Below are positions 49,896 to 64,000 of a stretch of 64,000 nt of DNA, piece by piece (positions within the stretch are counted from its first letter, which is position 1; every line of letters begins with the position of its first letter). The translations under genes and the position numbers were made by a program. The stretch comes from the human T2T-CHM13v2.0 reference genome, Homo sapiens. The DNA lies in the NCBI RefSeq assembly GCF_009914755.1, contig NC_060944.1. One strand, given 5' to 3'. Under the pieces are notes generated by a model, which did no database searches, was not told the DNA's origin, and saw only the letters and a list, made by a program, of their open reading frames with translations.

Positions 49896-50944
49896 GTTAT
49901 GGTAATTTGTTGTAGCCAGAACCATCATGTTTATTTGATTGCTTACCATGTTTTCTGTCTCTGGAATGGGTGCTCCATGAACTGCTCTGTTCTCTGCCAT
50001 GTGCTCACTGTCCAGCCCAGAGCCTGGCACATAGTTGGTGCTTAATAAATATTTGCTGAATAAATGAGAGAGTGGATTAATAGATGTATGCCCACCACAC
50101 TCGGGTTCAACTCCGTTCATCCATCTGGGTAGAGTTTCTGGGATAATCCTGCATATGCCTTGACATTGGGAAGAGGGGCACTCAGGCACCTGCCATCCCC
50201 TGGCAGCCTCGTCCCCAGCCCTGGAAGGGGGTACTGAGAGTGGCTTTGGTCACCAAAACCTATTGTTGCATGAGGGCTCAGTTAGTGCCTACCTGCCATG
50301 ACCTCCCTTTTCTGTTCCAACCTCCAGACTTTGCATAAATGACTTCCAGTGATGTCTTCCAAGTCTCATTTTTCTGAATTCACCTCCTCCAGAAAGCTGG
50401 TCTAGTTTGGAAACTCTCTCAGGCTCCCTTCCTGACCTCCAGAGACAACCCTCCTCCCTCTTGTTGACTACAGACAATTGCAGGGATTGCTTCAGGATCA
50501 TTCCCACCCAGAGCCCCCTGGTGCCCCACATGGCCACCTCCCACCCTGCACAATTCAGTCCCCTAGCAATGACATTCCCAAACCAAAATCCCTGCTATGT
50601 GTCAAATCCTGTGCTGGGTGTTTTGCTGTCAGTATCTCGGTTCAACACACCTCCACAACTCAGTGAGGTCAGATCCATGATTGTCCCATTTTATGAATGA
50701 GAAAGGTGAGGCTCCAAGAGGAAAAACTAGTTCCAGGTACCTGGCTGGCAAGTGCTCTTCTAGGATCCAGTTCATCATCATCATCGTCATCATCATCATG
50801 ACTATAACTTACTAAGCACTGACAGTGAAGATAACGATCTACCAAAGGATGCCCAATTCAAGGGGTTAAACTTCAAGCAGAAAAAGGATATTTTCTTAGT
50901 TTCAAAGTATCTCCCTAAGTATATTTAATAACTACACAGAGTAA

Positions 50945-51121
<177 letters not shown>

Positions 51122-52051
51122 TAGTAGAGACGGGGTTTCACCATGTTGGCCAGGCTGGTCTTGAACTCCTGACCTTGTGATCCACCCGCCTCGGCCTCCC
51201 AAAGTACTGGGATTACAGGCCTGAGCCATCGCACCCGGCCTAAAATAATAATTTTACAGTGGAGAAGTCCAGTACATACTGCCCTAGATAACTGATCAAG
51301 GTTAACATTGGTGGTCATACATGTCAACATCAGGGCCTCTGCAAGGATGCACTGAGAAAGGCATGACACCACTTCTGTGACATTTTCCCCATAATTCATG
51401 ACTTCAATTTGATCACAAGAAAATCTCAGACAAATCCAACTTGAAAGACATTCTACCAAGCAGCTGAATAGGACTCTTCAAAAGTGTCAAGGTCACAAAA
51501 AAGAAGGAAAGACCGAGGAACTGTCACAGATTGAAAAAGACTGCTGGTGCCGGGTGTGGTGGCTCACACCTGTAATCCCAGCACTTTGAGAGCCTGAGCA
51601 GGAGGATTGCTTGAGCTCAGGAGTTTGAGAACAGTCTGGGCAACATGGTGAAACCCTGTCTCTACAAAAAAAATACAAGAAATTAGCTGGGTGTGGTGGG
51701 CTCACTCCTGTAGTCCGGGCTACTCAGAAGGCTGAGGTGGGAGGATCGCTGGAGCCTGGGGGGCGGAGGTTGCAATGAGCTGAGATCATGCCACTACACT
51801 CCTGCCTGGGGCATAGAGTGAGACTCTGTCTGAAAAGAAAAAACAAGAAAAGAAAAATCTGGTTTAGGCCGGGCGGGGTGGCTCACGCTTGTGATCCCAG
51901 CACTTTGGGAGGCCAAGGCGGGCAGATCGTGAGATCAGGAGATCCAGACCATCCTGGCTAACATGGTGAAACCCTGTCTCTACTTAAAAAAAAAAAAAAA
52001 AAAAAAAAAAAATTAGCCAGGCATGGTGGCGGGAGCCTGTAGTCCCAGCTA

Positions 52052-52375
<324 letters not shown>

Positions 52376-53456
52376 CTATTTTTACATCTTCTGTAAGACT
52401 AAAATTATCTCAAAAGGAAAAAAGACATTAAAATAAAAGAGAAAGGCTGGGTGTGGTGGCTCACGCCTGTAATCCCAGCACTTTTCGAGGCCAAAGCATG
52501 AGGATTGCTTGATCCCAGGAGTTCAAGACCAGCCTGGGCAACATAGTGAGGTCTTGTCTCAAAAAAAAGTAAAAAAATTAGCCGAGCATGGTGACACAAG
52601 CCTGTACTCCCAGGTATTGGGAGGCTAAAGTGGAAGGATCGTTTGAGCCCAGGAGGTTGAGGCTACAGTGAACCATGATCACACACCACTGCACTCCAGC
52701 TGAGACCCTGTTCCCCGCCCCCCCAAAAAAAAGAGCGAGAGAGAGAATGAAGGCTAAAGTGGAGTAAGACTACCATAGCCCTCTCTCCCACTGATTACAA
52801 CAAAAAACTCTGGACAGCCTGGGCACGGTGGCTCACGCCTGTAATCCCAGCACTTTGGGAGGCCAAGGAAGGTGGATCACTAGAGGTCAGGAGTTCGAGA
52901 CCAGCCTGGTCAACATGGCGAAACACTGTCTCTACTAAAAATACAAAAATTAGCTGGGCATGGTGGCGGGCACCTGTAATCCCAGCTACTTGGGAGGCTG
53001 AAGCAGAAGAATCACTTGAACCCAGGAGGCAGAGGGTGCAGTGAGCCAAGTTCGTGCCACTGCACTCCAGCCTAGGCTGCAGAGCGAGCCTCCGTCTAAA
53101 AAAGAAAAAAGAAAACAAAAAACAAAAATCAAACTCTGGACAAATACAGAAAGCACCTACTTAAGGAGGACCTCTGAAAAGTAAACAATAGAAAATAGAT
53201 TGGCATAGGAAGTCAACATTTGAAGAACAGCCAGCATGGCAGTGGAAAGTTTCCTGGTGAATTTTCTTTCTGTATTTTCTGGCCTTGACCCAAAGGACTC
53301 TGAATCAGGAAACTGTGTTTGACACCAGCAGCAAAAACCTTCAAAAGAAAAGTTTAATATTCTGGCCAGAGAACCAGGAAAACACGCCCCTGTTAGCCAG
53401 ACAGTGTGAGGAGAATTTTGAGTATTTTGTTGTTGTTGTTGTTTAAATTATTATGA

Positions 53457-53862
<406 letters not shown>

Positions 53863-54489
53863 TGATCCACCCGCCTCGGCCTCCCAAAGTGCTGGAATTA
53901 CAAGCATGAGCCACCACACTTGGCCTTTTTTTTTTTTTTGTATTTTTCATAGAGACAAGGTTTCATCATGCTGCCCAGGCTGATCTCAAACTCCTAGGCT
54001 CAAGCGATCCTCCCACTTCAGCCTCCCAAGGTGCTGAGATGATGGGTGCAAGCCACTGTGCTGGGTCCTTCACAGGCTTTTAACAGGACCCAGAGTCTCA
54101 CAAGACAATATTTTATTTATTTATTTATTATTTATTACTTTTTTTGAGACAGAGTTTCACTCTTGTTGCTCAGGTTGGACAGGTTGGAGTGCAATGGCAC
54201 GATCTCAACTCATTGCAACCTCCGCCTCCCAGGTTGAAGCCATTCTCCTGCCTCAGCCTCTGGAGTAGCTGAGATTACAGGCTGCCACCATCACACCCGG
54301 CTCATTTTTTGTGTTTTTAGTAGAGATGGGGTTTCACCATGCTGGCCAGGCTGGTCTTGACTCCTGACCTCAGGTGATCCACCCGCCTTGGCCTCCCAAA
54401 TTGCTGTGATTACAGGCATGAACCACCACACCTGGCCACAAGACAATATTTTATTTTATTTATTTATTTTTATTTATTTTTTTTTTTGA

Positions 54490-54594
<105 letters not shown>

Positions 54595-54853
54595 TGAGTA
54601 GCTGGAATTACAGGCATGCACCACCACGCCCGGCTAATTTTGTATTTTTAGTAGAGACGGGGTTTCTCCATGTTGGTCAGGCTGGTCTCAAACTCCCAAC
54701 CCCAGGTGATCTGCCCTCGGCCTTCCGAAGTGCTGGGATTACAGAAGTGAGCCACCGCGCCCGGCCACCAGACAATATTTTAAATGCCCAGGATACAACA
54801 CAAAGTTACTCAACAAGGAAAATCTCACCAAATCTCAAAGAAAAAAACAATCA

Positions 54854-55150
<297 letters not shown>

Positions 55151-55760
55151 TCACGCCATTCTCCTGCCTCAGCCTCCCGAGTAGCTGGGACTACAGGCGC
55201 CCACCACCACACCTAGCTAATTTTTTTTGTATTTTAGTAGAGACGGGGTTTCACCATGTTAGCCAGGATGGTCTCGATCTCCTGACCTCGTGATCTGCAC
55301 GCCTCGGCCTCCTAAAGTGCTGGGATTACAGGGGTGAGCTGCCATGCCAGGCCAAAATATTTTTTTTAATAAAATAAAAATTTTTTAAAAGTTGAAATGA
55401 TTATATTGATAACAAGTAGATTTAGAACAAGAAAAAAATTATCAGAGAAAAAAGGACATTATATGATGATTAAAGGGTTAATTCATCAAGAAGACATGAC
55501 AATTCTGAATGTGTACGCGCTTATAAAGTTCCTAAATATATAATGCAAAAATGATCTAAAAAGGGAAATAAAGTCACCATTATACTTGCGGATATCAACT
55601 CTCTTCTTTCAGTAAATGATAAAACAGAAAATCAGCAAGGACTGGGCACGGTGGCTCATGTCTGTAATCCCAGCACTTTGGAAGGCTGCAGTGGGCAGAT
55701 CACCTGAAGTCAGTAGTTTGAGACCAGGCTGGCCAACCTGGTGAGACGCTGTCTCTACTA

Positions 55761-56491
<731 letters not shown>

Positions 56492-57283
56492 TGATTTCTA
56501 GTGTAATTCCATTATGATCAGAGAATGTATCACCTACATTTTTAAACATTTTTTAAATATAAAGGCCCAGAATATGGTCTATCTTGGTGAATGTTCCAAG
56601 TGTACTTGAAAATAATGTTTTGTCTCTACTAAAATGCAAAAGTTAGCTGGGCGTGGTGCAGGGTGCCTGTAACCCCAGCCACTGGGGCGGCTGAGGCTCA
56701 AGAATCACTTGAACCAGGGAGGTGGAGGTTGCAGTGAGCCATGATAGCACCACTTCACTCCAGCCTGGGTGATAGAGGGAGACCCTATCTCAAATTAAAA
56801 AAAAAAAAAGAACTGAAAAATATCTGGAAAACCCCTAAATATTTGGAAATGAAGCAACACGCTTCTAAATAAATCATGGGCCAGAGAAGAAGTCTCAAGA
56901 GAAATTAGAAAATATATACATGTGTAGTTTTGTCTGTGTGCATGTGTGACGTAGTCTCGCTCTTTCACCCAGGGTGGAATGAAGTGGTGTGATCTTGGCT
57001 CACTACAACCTCCGCCCCTGGTTTCAAGAGCTTCTCCTGCCTCAGCCTCCTGAGTAGCAGGGATTACAGGCGCTTGCCACTGCACCCAGCTAATTTTTGT
57101 ATTTTTAGTAGAGACGGGGTTTTACCATGTTGGCCAGGCTGATCTCGAACTCCTGACCTCAGGTGATTCGCCTGTCTTGGCCTCCCAAAGTGCCAGGATT
57201 ACAGGCGTGAGCCACTGTGCCTGGCCAGAAAATATTTTAAACTGACTTAATGAAATAAAATTACAACATATTAAACTTCATAA

Positions 57284-57424
<141 letters not shown>

Positions 57425-57495
57425 TGAGTAGCTGGGATTACAGGCAACTGCCACCACACCCGGCTAATTCCTTTTTTTTTTTTTTTTTTTTTTGA

Positions 57496-57666
<171 letters not shown>

Positions 57667-58154
57667 TAGTAGAGACGGGGTTTCACCGTGTTAGCCAGGA
57701 TGGTCTCGATCTCCTGACCTCATGATCCACCCACCTCGGCCTCCCAAAGTGCTGGGATTACAGGCGTGAGCCACCACGCCCGGCCTGTACCTGGCTAATT
57801 TTTCGTATTTTTAGTAGAAATGGGGTTTCACTATGTTGGCCAGACTGGCCTCGAACTCCTGACCTTGTGATCCGCCTTTCTCGGCCCCGCAAAGTGTTGG
57901 GATTACAGGCGTGAGCCACCGTGCCCAGCCTCAAATTTTCTGGTATTAAATGGGTATATGAGAATAGAAGAGTCTTAAATCAATAGTACAAACTTCCACT
58001 TTCAGAAACTAGAAAAATAACAGCCAATTAAACCCAAAGCAAGTAGACAGAAAACATAATAAACACCAGAAGTCAATGCTATTGGATATAGAAAAACAAT
58101 AGAGAGAAAATAAATGAAACAAAAGCTTGTTCTTTGAAAAGATCAATATGCATA

Positions 58155-59001
58155 TTAGTGGTCTCCTTCAAAAAAGGGGAAATCTGGACACAGAAGTAGA
58201 CATAGAGGGAAGATGGCGTAAAGAGACAAGAGAGGACAGCCATCCATAGTCCAAGGAGAGAGGCCAGGAACACATCCTCCCTCACAGCCCTTAAAAGGAA
58301 CCAATCCAGGGATCTAGAACTAGAAATACCATTTGACCCAGCCATCCCATTACTGGGTATATACCCAAAGGACTATAAATCATGCTGCTATAAAGACACA
58401 TGCACACGTATGTTTATTGTGGCACTACTCACGATAGCAAAGACTTGGAACCAACCCAAATGTCCAACAATGATACACTGGATTAAGAAAATGTGGTACA
58501 TATACACCATGGAATACTATGCAGCCATAAAAAATGATGAGTTCATGTCCTTTGTAGGGACATGGATGAAGCTGGAAACCATCATTCTGAGCAAACTATC
58601 ACAAGGACAAAAAACCAAGCACTGCATGTTCTCACTCATAGGTGGGAACTGAACAATGAGAACACTTGGACACAAGAAGGGGAACATCACACACCAGGGC
58701 CTGTTGTGGGGTTGGGGGAGGGGGGAGGGATAGCATTAGGAGATATACCTAATGTAAATGACGAGTTAATTGGGTGCAGCACACCAACATGGCACATGTA
58801 TGCATATGTAACAAACCTGCACGTTGTGCACATGTACCCTAAAACTACAAGTATAATAATAAAAAAAATATATATATATAAAAGGAACCAATCCTACCAA
58901 CTCCTTGATTTTGTACTTCCAGCCTCCAGAATTGTGAGATAATACATTTCTGTCAGCCAGTCTCTAGTACTTTCTTACAGCAGTCCTAGCAAACTAATAC
59001 A
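58155..59001 (+). mobile_element. MLT1A/B-type MaLR LTR fragment split by the L1PA
   Basis: CCTCACAGCCC..AAGGAACCAA / CTTCCAGCCTCCAGAATTGTGAGA...CCTAGCAAACTAATACA, typical of MLT1 3' ends. Confidence 0.75.
58308..58879 (+). mobile_element. 5'-truncated L1PA (ORF2 C-terminus + 3'UTR + A/TA tail)
   Basis: ORF 58410-58652 is the ORF2p C-terminus (TIAKTWNQPKCP...MFSLIGGN); G-rich 3'UTR; perfect TSD AAAAGGAACCAATCC at 58293-58307 and 58880-58894; TT/AAAA endonuclease site. Confidence 0.95.
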
Positions 59002-59037
59002 ACTAATAAATGAATTTAGCAGGGTTGTAAAATATAA

Positions 59038-59415
<378 letters not shown>

Positions 59416-60549
59416 TAGAGACAGGGTCTTGCTATATTATCCAGGCTGGGCTCAAACTCCTGGGTTCAAGCAATCCTCCCACCTCAGCCTCCTGAGTAGT
59501 TACAGGCACGCACTACCACGCTTGGCTTGAAATTTTTCAAAAGTATGATTTACAATTGCACCAATAGGCCGAGTGCGGTGGCTCATGCCTGTAATCCTAG
59601 CACTTTTGGAGGCTGAGGCGGGTGGATCACCTGAGGTCAGAAGTTCAAGACCAGCCTGGCCAACATGGAGAAACACTGTCTCTACTAAAAATACAAAAAA
59701 GAAAAAAAAAAAAAATTAGGCAGATGTGGTGGCATGTGCCTGTAATCCCAAATACTTGGGAGGCTGAGGCAGGAGAATCACTTGAACCCAGGAGGCAGAG
59801 GTTGCAGTGAACCGAGATCACACCACTTTACTCCAGCCTGGGCAAAACAGTGAAACTCTGTCTCAAAAAAACAAAACAAAACAAAAACAAAGCAATTGCA
59901 CCAATAAAAATTAAGTAGTGAGTATCAGTGTAACAGCCAGATCCTACTTCATCCCCATGTAGAGGTGGAGGGACTGAGTGAACAGGCTTGGTGTGCAGAA
60001 GATGCAGGCCAGGCAAGCCTGTGCATAATTTTGGATAATGAAAAATACTATGAGGAAAATAAATCTAGCCAGGTGCAGTGACTCACGCCTGGAGGCCTAG
60101 CACTTTGGGAGGCCGAGGCAGGCAGGTAGCTTGAGTTCAGGAGTTCAAGACCAGCCTGGGCAACATGGCAAAACTTCATCTCTACAAGAAATACAAAAAT
60201 TTTTGCCAGGGATGGTGGCACACACCTGTAGTCCCAGCTACTTGGAGGGCCTGAGGCAGGAAGATTGCTTGAATCCAGGAGGCTGAGGCTGCAGTGAGTC
60301 AAGATCCCACCATAGCACTCCAGTCTGGGTGACCATATGAGACCCTGTTTAAAAAAAAAAAAAGAAAAGAAATCTAAACTGCATAGGGGTCTTAGGGAAG
60401 GGCTCTCTGAGATGACATTTAAGCTGCAATTTGAAGGACAGTGGTTAGGGTTTGGATGTCAATACATAACAACTTCTTCTTTGCCCAAGTTCTGACACAA
60501 CAGAGAGCAGATGAGGAATCAGGTATATTGAAATCAAAATAACACTTCC

Positions 60550-61749
<1,200 letters not shown>

Positions 61750-62491
61750 ATTCCTGATAAACTAGTTTGTAAAGCATAGCTTTGGTCTGTGGGTGAGAGG
61801 CCGGGTGTATTGCTCCGGTAGAGCTCTCTCAGATGGAACAGGTGAGTGGGAATAAGACTTGCCCTTGAGAGAAGAGCATTTCAGCAGAGGGAAGAGCAAT
61901 TACAAAGGCCCTGTCATGGGCAAGGTGGGTGTGTTCTAGGAACTGAAGCCCAGTGTGGCTGGGGCATGGTGGGAGAGCAAGAGAGGCTGATGAAGAAGCT
62001 GTATTTGGAAGGTTTGGTAGTGGGGACCTTGAACGTCAGGCTAAGGAGTTTATTGGGAAGCCAGCGGTGCCAAGAAAGGCTCAAGGATACCATGAGGCTG
62101 TCCCCACATAGGCTGTCCCCACATCTGGGGGCCAAATACCCATGCCCATGTGCAGGAGCCAATTGTGTCTCAGAGAAGACAGAGGCCCTGGCCTCCAGGA
62201 TGTGAAGGCACTAGTGCCTACCCCTAGGGCTGATGTGACACCTGCACTCCCAGATCTCACCACCTCAGCCCCTTTGCCAGGTTGGACGCCTCCCTCAGCC
62301 CCACTCCTCTAGTGTGTCTGCCCTGGTAGGGAGGAGGAGACGGCAATGGTATGAAGAGATCTGACCTGCCCCAGGAAGTTTCCATCTCTAGGCCACCTGT
62401 CCTGTCCTGTCCCGGTGAAATCTAGCCAAGGGCATTCATCTACCCCGATCATGCTATGGGTTCTGCGGCAGGCCAGGAAACCTGCCATTAG

Positions 62492-63250
<759 letters not shown>

Positions 63251-64000
63251 GTCCAGCTCCTCTTCCTATTTTCACCTTAGGGTCCTGCGTGAGGCCTAGC
63301 TCTTCCACAGTATCCCCTCTGGGCTGGCAGGCCGGAGGTGGGTCCTGTGTGATACCTAGAGCCTGGCTGGTGGGGGGATGCTGAGGCCATGGCTCAGGTC
63401 TTTGCATCTGGGCAGAATCTGGGGGCTCCCTGGAGCTGATCAAGTGAGCGTGAGCTGCCATCCCTCCTGCTGGCAGGTCTCAGCCTATCCCAGAGCTCTC
63501 AGCATGTCGGGCCTGTCACGACAAGTGGCCTGAATGCCGTGTCCGGAGTCCCTTCCACCCTTGGACCCCCCGCGGTTCCAGGAGAAGACCCTTATTCCTC
63601 GGCTCTGGGACCCCGAGTGGCCTGCCTTAAGGGACAGTCCGTCTCTTCCCAGGTTCAGGACCTTGAAAGGAGGCTCCGCAGTTGTCCTGCAGGCTATATT
63701 CACCGTGAGCTACTCAGGGCCGGCCTCCACCCCATGGCCCTCAGTCCGGGGCTGGGCTTCCCCCACAGATGTTCCTTATCACAGCATCACTCAACTTCTG
63801 GAGCCTGATGTTCCCACAGAGGCGGGGGCGGAAGAGGGCAGGGAAGAACAGAGGATCGCCTTTCCCAAATGCCTTCCCTTGGAAGACCCTGTGAAACTGA
63901 GGAGATGGGGGAAACTGAGGCCCAGAAATGGTGCCGCTTGGCCAGAGTGGCTGTAGTAGAGCCATGCATAGACACAGGCCACTCACTCCAGTGCAGCCAC

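Noticed and set aside
58410-58652. L1 ORF2-like ORF as a functional gene
   Set aside because: Only the last ~80 codons of a 5'-truncated L1; no promoter, EN or RT domains.

Overview
Human (primate) genomic DNA, very Alu-rich, centred on the two-exon HLH gene ID1 (CDS 35627-36052 + 36292-36333, 155 aa; intron-retained isoform 149 aa). From recalled locus knowledge this is 20q11.21 between HM13 (left) and COX4I2 (right); I find no coding exon of either in the window. ID1 is the only supportable protein-coding gene; the other listed ORFs are Alu/L1/LTR/microsatellite or GC-rich chance frames. Also present: the MIR3193 hairpin ~0.7 kb past the ID1 poly(A) signal, a U6 processed pseudogene, a solo LTR12C inside an Alu, MER4- and MLT1-type LTRs, a Tigger2-type DNA transposon, a truncated L1PA with perfect 15-bp TSD, old L1/L2/MIR fragments and about a hundred Alus (rough estimate; given as clusters with approximate bounds). 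The interesting content is cis-regulatory: the known BMP/CRE element ~1 kb upstream of ID1, a perfect GGCGCC-N5-GTCTG Smad composite at +3.3 kb, a STAT/GATA/AP-1/CARE module at +5.5 kb, an orphan CpG island with five co-oriented CATCTG E-boxes ~17.5 kb upstream, CTCF motifs, tandem stem-loops in the ID1 3'UTR, an acceptor-like sequence in the ID1 5'UTR, and an LTR12C whose poly(A)-signal region is replaced by an A46 tract. I see no evidence of a wholly new coding or RNA system; the best candidates for something undescribed are these regulatory hypotheses, all motif-level and untested.
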